DNA of 64,000 nucleotides from Haliotis rufescens (Eukaryota): NCBI RefSeq assembly GCF_023055435.1, contig NW_025963957.1, positions 4,402,001 to 4,466,000 of the forward strand, read 5' to 3'. Shown piece by piece: positions 38,050 to 50,835 of this stretch (position 1 is its first letter; each line of letters starts with the position of its first letter). The notes under the pieces were generated by a model. It saw only the letters and a program-made list of their open reading frames with translations, ran no database searches and was not told where the DNA came from. The position numbers and the translations under genes were made by a program.

Positions 38050-39365
38050 AAAGAGTACAAACAAATCATTGTCTCTCACACTCTCTCACACATACACTCT
38101 CTCTCACTCTCACACACTCTCACTCCATCTCTCACTCACACACTCTCTCTCTCCCACTCACTCTCTGTCTCACACACTCTCTCACTCCCTCTCTCACTCA
38201 CACACTCTCTCTCACACACTCTCTGTCCCACACACTCTCTCACTCTCTCTCTCACACTCTCTCAAACACACTCTCTGTCTCACACGCTCTCTCTCTCTCT
38301 CACTCACACACACTGTCTCACACACACTCTCTCACTCACACACACTCTGTCTCACACACTCTCTCACTCCCTCTCTCTCACACACTCTGTCTCACACACA
38401 CTCTCACTCCCTCTCTCACTCACACACTCTCTCTCTCTCACACACACTCTCTCTGTCTCACACACTCTCTCTCTCACACTCTCTCTGTCTCACACACACT
38501 CTCACTCTGTCTCACTCACACACACTCTCTCTTACACACTCTCTCACTCCCTCTCTCTCTCACACACTCTCTCTGTCTCACACACACTCTCACTCCCTCT
38601 CTCACTCACACACCCTCTCTCTCACTCTTACTCTCTCACTCACACACTATCTGTCTCACACACTCTCTCTCTCACACTCTCACACACTCTCTCTGTCTCA
38701 CACACACTCTCTCACTCACAAACACTCTCTCACTCACACACACTCTGTCTCACACACTCTCTCACTCCCTCTCTCTCACACACTCTCTGTCTCACACACA
38801 CTCTCACTCCCTCTCTCACTCACACACACTCTCTGTCTCACACACACTCTCTCTCCCTCTCTCACTCACACTATTTCTCTCACTCTAACTCTCTCTCACT
38901 CACACACACTCTCTGTCTCACACACACTCTCACTCTGTCTCACTCACACACACTCTCTGTCTCACACACTCTCTCACACCCTCTCTCTCTCACACACTCT
39001 CTCTGTCTCACACACACTCTCTCTCCCTCTCTCACTCACACTCTTTCTCTCACTCTCACTCTCTCTCACTCACACACACTCTCTGTCTCACACACTCTCG
39101 CACTCTCTCTCTCACACTCTCACACACTCTCTCTGTCTCACACACACTCTCACTCTCTCTCACACACGCTCTCTCTCACTCTCTCACTCACACACACTCT
39201 CTCACTCTCACACTCTCTCTGTCTCACACACGCTCTCTCTCACTCTCTCACTCACACACACTCTCTCACTCACACACTCTCTGTCTCACACACACTCTCT
39301 CTCACTCTCACACACACACACTCTCTCTGTGTCACACACACTCTCACTCCCTCTCTCTCTCACTC
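38050..39365. repeat. Compound (CT)/(CA) microsatellite
   Basis: ~1.3 kb of ctca/ctct/caca motifs. Confidence 0.97.
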
Positions 39366-39725
39366 ATGTTCTTACACTCGACAGCACTCACCAGTTTACC
39401 AACACTTCGATCATTTGACGTCACTGACAATTACCATAAACATATTAACAACAGTATTCAACCGGCACATAACCCATAGCAATTTGTTTTCAAGATTATT
39501 GAAATGTGTGTAGCAAGATTCAACATGTGTCGTTCGTTGACCTTGATCTGACTTTAGCCATTCGAGCACATTCATTCTCTAGAAAAGAACCACTGGACCA
39601 ATGAAGCTGAACCTTCACATATTTATTCCCATCAATGATGACAACTTAATTATAGGGGTAGATTCTCATTTCTCATGTGGCTTTGATAACATATTAGAAC
39701 ACGTTCATTTTCAGTAAACATAAAA

Positions 39726-39960
39726 CCCGTGAAGATCCGGGGTAGAATAGGTCTCCAGCAACCCATGCTTGTCGTAAGAGGCGACTAACGGGATCGGGTG
39801 GTCAGGCTCTCTGACTTGGTGGATACATTTTGCATAGATCGGTGCTTATGAAGTCAATAGTTGGATTGTCTGGTCCAGACTCGATTATTTACAGACCGCC
39901 GTCATATAGCTGAAATATTGCTGAGTGCGTCGTGAAACAAACAAACAAACAAACAAACCA
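39726..39960 (+). mobile_element. Full-length structured-head SINE-like element with (AAAC)n tail
   Basis: Complete head cccgtgaagatc...gcgactaacggg plus body and tail. Confidence 0.85.
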
Positions 39961-40647
39961 GGAAACATATAGCAATTAGAGTGTAAATAGGTGTATGTCC
40001 CTATTTATGAGAAGGTCAATGGTCAAGGTTACTAGTAAAAGACGCTGACAACTGTGTATAGTGGCATGTCTTCGAAAAGTATAAATATTTTTATCACTAC
40101 ACTTGATCTCTACCTTGACCCTGCTACGAAAGTATATTTATGAAATACTGGCGAGTGAAATATGATCATACTTTCTGTGGATTGTCTTTAATTTGATGAA
40201 AATGTATTCAGGCATAAAAAAATTATCGTTTATGAATGAATTGGAAAATAATGTATTGCACTTATTCACTATAAGAACAGATTCAAGTTTAAACCTTGCG
40301 TTAAAGGAAATTAACAGTTGTGTATTGCAACAATCCTGTATGATATCGAATGTTTATTGTTGCGAATAAATAAACATGAAGTAAACATGTAATCAGCTTA
40401 ACTCTTTTCAGATTTGTCCACAACATCTACAATATTTGTATTCCAAAGCTGACAGCATCTTTGAAATGACTCTTCTGACATTCTAGCCGGTTGAATACCT
40501 AGCCAGGTGAGCTACCTGTAGATTGTCGTTGCACTGTTATTTTCCTTTTTCGAAGGTAGAATAACTTTCGAGGTCATGTTCAAGTTTAATATTGTGTTCA
40601 TATTACTCACGAAGAGTTTACTATAGTTGGATGATTATATCCTATCG

Positions 40648-40983
40648 GATCGCCTCCGTGGTCTAGTGGTAGAGCGTCCGCCCGGAGAGCGGAAGGCCCG
40701 GGTTCGATCCCCGACCGCGTCATACTAAAAGGCGTTAAAAATGGTACTTGGTGATACCCTGTCTGGCGCTCGGCATTAAGGGGCTGAAACAAGGACTGCT
40801 CGGCTCGGAGTCAGCATACTGTGTCTGAGTGGGGTATTCATGTTTAACTGCGGCATGGTATGTCAGTGAGCTAGCACTATAAATCGGCATCAGTACAAGC
40901 CTCATACACACAAGCATGCGCGTCGCTATATAAGTGCAATAATCTTGGACGCGACGTTGAACCCCATTTCATCTCACCTCACC
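40648..40983 (+). mobile_element. Full-length Meta/MESC-domain-like tRNA SINE
   Basis: A box gtggtctagtgg, B box ggttcgatccc, conserved core and cacct tail. Confidence 0.85.
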
Positions 40984-41918
40984 ATAATAGCCTGTCGTTT
41001 TCATGAACACATATGCAATCGCAGACTGTACTTGAGAACTTGCAAACGATTTCAAAATTTCAGTCTAAGCTAAACGCCTTTTGGATTTGTTACATATTAG
41101 GATGTCGGCTACGATCAAGGGTATAACATGGCTACATCGTGTTATTTGGAGATACATAACATCTTTAATATAAAACGTCATCCATCTGAGAATAACCTGT
41201 CTCATTTATCCGCGAAACAAATTCCTTTGGGCGTAAAAGGCGGTGAAAATTGTATGAAGAATCACCGAAAATCAGTGATGACACCACGATGTTCGCGAAA
41301 AGAGAAATAACAGCGACAAAACCCTATCCAGATTCATAAAAGAACTGTGCCAAAAGCAGAGTCGATTGTACATGTACGATTCCGACTATATCATGTGTTT
41401 GTGAATCACTATCGACCAGCGATGATACCATGTGCGAATTGTCTTTGAGTCTACTGAAGTAAGACAAAACTTCAAATACATTTTCTTTTCAGTATACAGA
41501 CTGTGTTCAACGTTAAAGTTCATTTTATTACTTTATTAGAGCTTAAATGTGTGCATTTACATTTGAATTCAGTTATAAATGAGTGATTTGGTCACCCCAA
41601 GGCTACCTCGCCCTGCACGGCCCCAAGTCTCCACATCGATACTGACAATGTTATGAAATTAAACCAGCTTTACCAGATCGCCATGTAATGTATATTTCAT
41701 AAATCTCGAGTTGACTAATAAATCATATTTAATATGAATTTCTAAAACTATTATAAAACAATTTATACGTACATTGTATGCGTCAAAAAATGTGTGCCAT
41801 GGACTGTAAATTAGCTTTTGCAAATAAACTCTACAGTTTTATTAGTATACTTAAACATTTTGTTTTATAAACATTATATATTGTCATGTATAAATTATGT
41901 TATTTTCATGCATTGAAA

Positions 41919-41984
41919 TATAAAGGCTCCCCCTGTTTGTTCATTCCATACATTTCACCGGTGAACAGCTCGCTGTAGGTGAGT
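41919..41984 (+). promoter_or_regulatory. Promoter and non-coding exon 1 of PLA2-like gene C
   Basis: TATAAA at 41919; exon ~41950-41978 containing gaacagctcgc, similar to the other exon-1 copies; GTGAGT donor at 41979. Confidence 0.6.
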
Positions 41985-42758
41985 ATTTACATTTCTGTAA
42001 TAATCACTGATTATAGATACAGATTCATAATGGTTGCAAGGAGATCTAGATAAGCAATAGCATGTGGGTGTCTTCTATATTTGTCGTCAATTTAACAAAA
42101 CCAAATACTCATTAGAACTTGAGTTTTGTCATTCGATACTCTATACGGGACGGTGGGGTAGCCTTGTGATTAAAGTGTTCGCCAGTCACGCCGGAGACAT
42201 CAAGTCACGGCAAACCTGTACCCTTGTGTTCCCTCGTCACGCCGAAGACCCGGGTTCAATTCCCCACATGGGTACAATGTGTGAAGTCCATTTCTTGTGT
42301 TCCCCGCCGTGATATTGCTGGAATATTGCTAAAAGCGGCGTAAAAACATATTCACCCACTTACTCACTCATAACTTTTCCAGACTATATAATATACCGGA
42401 ACATAATACCTTTGTATCCCTGGCGTTACATGCACTCATGAAGAGTTCACTCACTTTCACTCTAGCGCCATCTGATTCATCAATGCCAACTGATTTTTGT
42501 TCTTCCTGAAGTGATATGTTAAATATGATCTACTGATATCAAATGTTAGTTTTCCTTGTATTGTATTTGCTTAGTTAAAATCCATCTTGATATTATCGTT
42601 CATATACTATACATACAGACTATTAATTATTGCTGAATTTGAACACAAACGTTGTGGCATGTAGAGAGTTGGCTGGTGAAGGTTTGGACATTTTGAATGC
42701 AGTGCTAAATTATTTATCATTAGAGGTAAGATGGTCATCTTGACTGCAGTTCCTGACC

Positions 42759-42911
42759 ATGAGGATGTCGGTGTTTGTGTGCGCGTTGGCATTGATGACC
42801 TTTGTCAATGTTACTACTGCTGCAATGTCTCCCCAAACAGGAAGCGACCTGCGTACTTTCTTGAAAACACTTGCACCTGTGTATGCCAGATATGTTCTTT
42901 GCTCCTTGTGC
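42759..42911 (+). CDS. PLA2-like gene C (catalytic HD absent), first coding exon
   Basis: ctgcag acceptor ending 42749; signal peptide MRMSVFVCALALMTFVNVTTA; FLKTLAPVYARYVLCSLC then GTAAGT at 42912, the same phase-0 intron after CxxC as gene A. Confidence 0.75.
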
Positions 42912-44076
42912 GTAAGTTCCTTTAAATGCACATTGGTAATTTCAAGCCTAACAGGACATTAAACCTGTTAATATCAGTAATTATTATAAAATGTAATATA
43001 TTTTACTATCTAGAACAATAACAGGAAATACACCATGTATAGCTATTAGATAGCTATGGGCAGTGCAGAACGAGGCGTGGTTTATTTCACGATGAGACAT
43101 TGTTCTATCCTGACGTCATTCGAACATGCGCACGCAACTTGTTGAGAGGGAAATGACTGTTTGTTAGTAAACGACGCACTCAGCAATATGTCAGCTATAT
43201 TACGACGGTCTGTAAATAATCGAGTATGGACCAGACAATCCAGCGATTGACATCATGAGCATCGATCCACGCAACTGGGACACAATGCCATGCATCAACC
43301 AAGTCGTCGAGCCTCACCCTCTGAATAACGGAACTAACGGTAGTTGCCTCTTACGAAAAACAAAGTCGCCTTTTACGGCAAGTATTGGTTGCTGAAGACC
43401 TATTCTACTCCGGGTCTTCACGGGCCTGATGAGTTGTTCCACATAGATGTTCCTGGGCAACGTTTTGGTTTGTTGTTTAACGCCGCACTCAGCAATATTC
43501 CAGCTATATGACGGCGGTCTGTAAATAAAATCGTGTCTGGATCAGACAATCCAGTGATTGACATCATGAGCATCGATGGGATACGATGACATGCATCAAC
43601 CAAGTCAGTCGCCTCTTACGAAAAGCATAGTTGCCTTTTAAGGCAAGCATTGGTTGCTGAAGACCTATTCCAGTCCGGATCTTCACGGGTCTACCGGGCA
43701 ACGTAAATAAACCCAACAGCTGGGGATAGATGACAATCGATATTGGTAGAAAACGGTACCGATAATCGACGCATAAATTGTGAGAATATCCGGGAAATAT
43801 AAACGTAGCCCCCCTGTTCATAAAATGGACTTGTCCGACATTGCGGAGGTCGGAGTGAGTCATCATTATTCAAATACGGGTAAATATTTGTAAAGCTTTT
43901 ACATTTTATTAACATCCTGAAAGAGGCTGTCCATGATGTTGATATCTCATTTGAGAAATAAACGACGTCCATCATGGTTTATTGTACGATAAAGAACTCC
44001 CACTCGTCGTCTTATTCCTAGATATATATACACCTATCGATGTTAGTGTTAATATATCTATCTGTCTTTATTTTAG

Positions 44077-44271
44077 GGTGCGCGGTACAATATGTCCAAA
44101 AGCCAATGCGACGATGCTTTCAGGAAGACAGCAAACCAGTGGGGCGAAAGGTTCTCGTATTGGTTCACACCTAGTAAGCGTACAGACGCCATACGCAAGG
44201 CTCTCACGGTGAAATACAGGACTAAGCCAGGGGATTGGTGCGACCGGAAGTGGGTCAAGAAATATTTCTGA
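44077..44271 (+). CDS. PLA2-like gene C, last coding exon (spliced protein 115 aa)
   Basis: ttttag acceptor; GARYNMSKSQCDDAFRKTANQWGERFSYWFTPSKRTDAIRKALTVKYRTKPGDWCDRKWVKKYF*; AATAAA at 44305. Confidence 0.78.
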   Translation, partial: GARYNMSKSQCDDAFRKTANQWGERFSYWFTPSKRTDAIRKALTVKYRTKPGDWCDRKWVKKYF

Positions 44272-46016
44272 ACGAGATGATTGCATTTGTACATCTTGGT
44301 TCACAATAAATGCAGATTGAAAAATTGTCGGATTTGTTCTTGCGAACGCCTGGAGTCATCATGTGTTGCTAAGTAACGTGACCTTGTTTTTTTGTACAAG
44401 TCACCACACGTATGATATTTTTTGTCTTCCTGTTCAAACATGCAAGCAAAGCAGTCAAACGTTTCATTATTTTACACAACTCGAATGTATAACACAGTGT
44501 CAGCAAGGAGTTGATGACTCGTTTAAAGGGTCTTGTCTTTAGTTGAGAATTTTTCCTTGGTATCTTGTTGTCTGTCTTGGAACCATTGGGCCGAGTGTGC
44601 GTCGGGAGCGTGTTGTACATATTTATACGAGACAAAAAACACTTCTCGTTTGGGTCTGGACCTGTGACGAACAATGACCTGGTAAAATAAACTCTTTCAC
44701 TGGCATTAATATTTTTCCAAGTAAGTTTCTTACTCTCCTCTTTTATGGAAATAAAATGTTTGGATCGTAAACAGATAAGCCAACACTCAAACATATATAG
44801 TATGGACTGGCCTCCACTAAAATTTTAGGAAAAGTTTGAATGAGTGCTTTTTCAAATCCTCTGACTGGCTGTACTTCACCCACCCTGCCGTACATCGATC
44901 GAAAGTGGTATTGCCCTGCGTGGACTTCATCAGTATCAGTTTCTTGGGTCCATGGAACATGTTACTGACCTCAGGATTGGTCAGTAATTGACAATTAAAG
45001 GAGACTGGTCTCGTATGGCGTCTATACAATATATCTCAGCATTTGGTACATATCAAGTTTGGACCCGTGAAGATCCGGGGTAGGATAGGTCTTCATTAAC
45101 CTATGTTTGCCGTAAAAGGTGACTATGCTTGTCGTAAGATGCGACTAACGGGATCGGGTGGTCAGGCTCGCTGACTTGGTTGATGAATGTCATCTTATCC
45201 CAATTTCGTGGATCGATGCTCATGACATTAATCACTGGACTGTCTGGTCCAAGCACGATTATTTACAGACCGCCGTCATATAGCTGGAATATTGCTGAGT
45301 GCGGCGTTAAACAACAAACCAAAAACAACAACTTGTCAAATGTTATTTTACGAACAACGTCACAACTGAGTTCATCCCATGTGCGGTGATTTAAACCTCT
45401 CACACCTTTATCTAGTCTCTTCTGTTCAAAAAAGAAATGAAGAGTCTAATATTCTATTAGCCGTGTCAACATTAGTCTGTCTTACAGACCCTGATACAAA
45501 TATATATCAAATACAGCCCATGCAAGTCTATAATGTTTGGCAAGTCTAGATCACTGTAGTCTATGTCAACATCTCCAAAGGTACATGCTTTTCTATAGCG
45601 TTCCTGTCAAAGTGTAAAGTCATCGCTTCTCATCTCTTGATGCCACTGCTGTGCAGGATATTCTACATTGGATGAGAAACTCTCTACATCTTCCGCTCGC
45701 TATACCACCTTGGGACGTAAAACCATATTTCGACGCAAAACATCGGAAAGTAAAGAATGTACCAAACAACACACATCTAAAATTACTACGCATGAAGATC
45801 CGGGGTAGATTAGGTCTTCAGCTGCCCATGCTTGCCGTAATAGGTGACTATGCTTGTCATAAGAGGCGACTAACGGGATCGGGTGGTCAGGCTCGCTGAC
45901 TTGGTTGATGCATGTCATCGTATCCCATTTGCTTTAATCGATGCTCATGATGTCAGCCCATACTCGATTTACAGATAGTCGTCATACAGCGGTAATATTG
46001 CTGAGCGCGGCGTTAA

Positions 46017-47005
46017 GAGAGTTACCCCCCTTACACCATTGTTTGCAAATGTTGCAATAATATAACGAGATTCACTGGGTGGTTATATAGTTAACATATA
46101 ATAAAAAAAACATATTAGGCCCACCTATTGTTACATTTGTACCCTGAACAAAGTCATCCTGTCACTTCCATAATGGCTTGATGTGCCAGGTTTTGTCAGG
46201 CTCCCAGGAGACGAGTCACTCCGACGACACTGGTACACCACGAGGACCCTTGGTGTAAATGTTGATCGTTTGACACTTGCATGTGTTTAACTTTATTCGT
46301 CTTTCTTAATTTGATTGTTTCTGTCTGGACGATACTCGTGCTTACAAATGGGCGTGAAACGTGACCACATCTTTGGTAAAATGAACCATCATGACAAGGG
46401 TACCTTGAAACCAGTGATCGGTTTCGCGGCACCCCATGTCATGGATGCTGCCGAAGAAGGTAAGCACGCGCAGTTTGGCTAACGACAGATCGGTTGGGTC
46501 ATGCGCTGATTAAATGAGGTCCTCCTAAACACTGATTTAAAATAAATTACCTTTCATGTTACAATGTTTATAGATATTTCGTTTTGTAAGATTTGCGTTG
46601 TGCTATACTGAAATCCATTCAACATAACATCAAGCAAATCTCACAGAACGAATTGTTTATCTCCTAAATGATGCATACAAATTATACTTATTATAAATTT
46701 AATATGTCAAACTATGATAATTAAAAACACATTTCCTGTAAAATAAATTAAGAATTCAACGATTTCAAAATAAAAATCTCAGATTAAATATATGGGGGAG
46801 TGTTTCTGTATTTTATACAAACCTATACTCAGATAAACGATGTTCAATAAAGAAACACGACATCCCTGTCTGGTAAGATATCTTTATTTCGGTGTGACTG
46901 TCTGAAGCTTTTGTACCGCGAGAAGAAAATGGAACACCTGACCAATAAATTAGATATGATCCGACGAGGTTCGAGGATATCCAGTTCCTGACTTCACTCA
47001 TAATT
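46017..47005 (-). repeat. Diverged third copy of segment 6476-7665
   Basis: Inverted homology, for example gggtaccttgaaaccagtgatcggtttcgcggcaccccatgtc. Confidence 0.85.
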
Positions 47006-47499
47006 GGGGTCCCATGAAGATTCCGGTTTAGAATTGGTCCTCAGCAAACCATACTTGTAAGAGCCGACAAACGGGATTGGATGGCCAGGCTCGTTGACTT
47101 GGTTGATGCATGTCATCGTATCCCAGTTGCGCAGTTCGATGCTCATGATGTCAGTCACTGGACTGTCTGGTCCAGATTCGATTATTTACAGACTGCCGTC
47201 ATATAACAATTGTTATATTTTGGGAAAACACTTTCTGAGTAAAGTAAAGATTCTCGTTCGGATCCTGGACGGGACTCAACACAAAAAAGTACGAGAGGCT
47301 GTACTTTACTATGAAAGTGTTATCCCAAATATAATATATGTTAGATTTAACCTCTACCTATATAGCATTGAGTGCCGTCCTATAGCTGGAATATTGCTGA
47401 GTGCGGCGTTTAACAACAAACAAACAAAAACAAACACTAAAGATGGTATTAACCATGAAATCGAAAAATGAGCCCCAAGCAATGAATCGAAGTCATTTG

Positions 47500-48800
47500 T
47501 TGATAATGTATCCGTTCAGAAAGTCACGGTATTACGCTAACATCTTGTCTTGGTAAGCTTTTTGAGAAAAATCTACTAAAAAGATTAGAAACGCGGACAT
47601 CCCGAAATGCCTGTAATTTTCCCGAAATGTTGCAGTACGTTTGGCTTTAGGAAAGAGCACGGTGCTGTCATGTCGCTATTTACCCCCATTGAATGTGTGC
47701 AAAGTTTTGTTAACAGGGGATCATGTATAAGTAACGAGAAAGCTTTTGATCGAATATGGCACTCGGGTCTCTTCGTAAAACTCTATCATCTTGGTATTAG
47801 AGGCAAAATGTGGTCTCTGTTACATCACTGTTGTACTTCCATGTATGGTTGTGTTCAGTATAACGGCGAGCAATCTGATGTATTTGCTGTTAGATAAGGT
47901 ATAGGTCAGGGTAGAGTTATCTCAGCTTGGCTTTTTCTTGTGTACATAAATGACCTCATAACTGAGCTTCGGCAGTTAGATACAGGATGCTGATGATACT
48001 ACTCTTATCAGTTCCAGCCCCAAAGGTCTACAAACAGCCTTAGATACAGTTGTTAATTACGTATTCAAATGGCGATTAACCTATTATGCATCGAAAAGTA
48101 AAATTGTTGTGTTTTCATAAAAAGAAGCAGTTATTGTGTAAGCATGCTTTTCACTTATGAGATTATGACATACCTTTGTTTGATAATGTAAAATATGCAG
48201 GTGTTGTTCTGCAAAGTAAAGCGTACTATTAATTCTCTCCTCTCTGTTGGTCTAAATAGTAGCGAATTACATCAGTACGCAAGTATTAATATATGGGAAA
48301 GAATGATTTTACCAAGTTTTTTTATGGACGTGAATTACTACCGCCTCTGCACAGTAAAGATTTTGAATCAGCTGAAATCACCCAGCGTTACTTTACCAGG
48401 ATTGTACAAGATTTTGACAACGTTCCCCTACTGATGCCACTATTGCTAGGACTCTGGAGCATGGTTGGCTATATAGATAAATGTAGACTACAACTTCTTG
48501 GGCGTCTCTCCAACAATTCATGTGCCTCAATTTGTAAAACTGCGCCACTGCGTCACAGTTTATGTGGAGTGTTGCTTTCAACAGCTAAGAAATTTAACCT
48601 ATTTCATCATGTATTTCACAACGTTTACACAGGGGAGATCCCCGCGAAGAATAAGTGGAGACAGGTTGTATTAAATGAAACAAATACCCACGAGGAAGAA
48701 GTATTGAAATATAAACTATCATGTTGAGCTGACCTTTTTCGATATTCTAAAATTAACACACAACACTTACTCCCCATGTGTTATACAGCATTGTAATAAG
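47500..48800 (+). mobile_element. Decayed non-LTR retrotransposon RT
   Basis: EKAFDRIWHSGLFVKL, GIGQGRVISAWLFLVYINDL and ADD motifs with stops and frameshifts. Confidence 0.8.
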
Positions 48801-49562
48801 ATTTCCTGAATTGAGAGAAAAATACTGTATGTAATAAGGATTGGATCCAGAAGCAAAATATCTAAGGAATGTACATAATGGAATAGTTTTGCTCATGATT
48901 ATTACTATCATGTCATATTAAACTCTGAATGTCTACTTTCAGAGAGAGGCGTATTTTTTTCCACTCCAATCATAACCGTGATGGTCTGTGTGGGGCTCAG
49001 AACATTTCAATCAGCTCTCCTGTACATATTCCACAGAGTTTGTGGAACAAATGCCTTGTGGAGTTCACGAAACCTGCTTATTTAAGGAAGATCCTACAGA
49101 CATGTGTACCAATGTACAGTTTCACGTTTCATAATATTTTATCTCAACGGTTTTATTCCAAACATCTGGCCAGTTGACATTAAGTTAGCTGTTGCAGTTA
49201 TAGATCCGTTCTTGCGTTAAGCAGATCATGTGACCAACTTTTTTTATGACTGACTGTTACATATTGCGCACACAATTTCACATGTAATGCTGAAGTTCTT
49301 TTTAATTCTGTCGTAGACATATAAGACGGAGATGGCCATAGATGGCCATTTATTTTCACAACAGACTTGTTTCAGATCACCGGCTCTGAATAAAACCAGT
49401 TATCTTGAATTGGCACAAACTTCTAGTTGTTTTCTCGGACTCCGAGTAGTTATTGATAACAGAACCTGCATATGCTATGCACGATTTTATAAATATCGTT
49501 TCACCATTGGCAAGCATATTGATGAACAAAGACAAGTGAGTGAGGACATACAGATACAATCA

Positions 49563-49712
49563 NNNNNNNNNNNNNNNNNNNNNNNNNNNNNNNNNNNNNN
49601 NNNNNNNNNNNNNNNNNNNNNNNNNNNNNNNNNNNNNNNNNNNNNNNNNNNNNNNNNNNNNNNNNNNNNNNNNNNNNNNNNNNNNNNNNNNNNNNNNNNN
49701 NNNNNNNNNNNN
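49563..49712. other. Assembly gap (150 N)
   Basis: Run of n. Confidence 1.
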
Positions 49713-50835
49713 TTACATTTCAGCTTTCAGTTTAGAAAACAAACTTATGAGATATTTACACGGGTCTTCATATATCCAAGAATTATGAATTCAGTTAATC
49801 CTAACATTACAGGTACACTGGTGAATTATTCGTGTCATATACAACGTTATACATATTCCCGTAAACTTCACGTTTCATATCGTGATGGCAAATTGCAATA
49901 GGATCGATATACCACCATAAATCATGTTTGGGATTAATATTGTTTTTCGTGTTTATATGGAAAAACAGTGTCAACAGTGTATGTGGGTGTGCTTCAACTT
50001 TATACTTGAAATTAAACGTACCTATTGCCCGCAGCTTACTAAAAACACTTTGACAGGTGGTGCCAACTGATGATTCACAATCAAACTCCTGCATCTACAA
50101 GTGACAAAATCCATTACTGTCAACATCAGGTCCGGGAAGGCGCTTCTATCTACGTGATTTACCATCACGAGTTCGCCCACTCAACAACGCCATCCTATCC
50201 GTTATGTTAGGCATATGGCATCTAATGGCGTTGTTGTTTTTTTGCTTAATGCCGCACTCAGCAGTATTCCAACTACATGACGTCGGTCTGTAAATAATCG
50301 AGTCTGGACCAGACAATCAAAAGGGTGACACATGATCCGCCTACAGGAGGTCTGAATACAATAGTCAATCAAGTGGTAGGTATTCTTTTGGCCAAACTTG
50401 GGAGTAATCGAGCTGGGTTTAACGCCATTTTAAACAATATTCCAGTTATATCACAGCCCATCATCTTAATGTGGAAGGAGAACCCGAAGTGATACAGGTC
50501 TGTACCACTTTGGTAAAACCCACCAGCATGGATATGGGGCTGACAAACCAAGAAACATAATCGGGGCGAACCGGGATTCGAACCAGAAATCAGGCATAAT
50601 TATTTTGAATACGATCTTGCTCACTTTCTTAAAATTGGATCAGATATTTGATGAAAGAAACACCATCCAAATTTCGATATCTTACTTGACAAGACGACCT
50701 GGTGAGATGGTCCAAAATAATACTATAATACCAACAGAAACACAGAGTACATCCAATTTTGTTTCCGGGCTATCAGTCGTCCCCATACACGCCTGTTTAA
50801 TAATATGATTTCCTAATGTATGAAACAGCGATATG

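Noticed and set aside
38025-39418. 287-aa and 449-aa His/Ser/Leu/Thr-rich ORFs
   Set aside because: Artefacts of a CT/CA microsatellite that lacks stop codons.
40651-40725. tRNA genes (also 52751, 36460)
   Set aside because: tRNA-like heads continue into multi-copy SINE bodies and tails.
43425-43445. CTGATGAG hammerhead core
   Set aside because: No stem II or GAAA partner follows.
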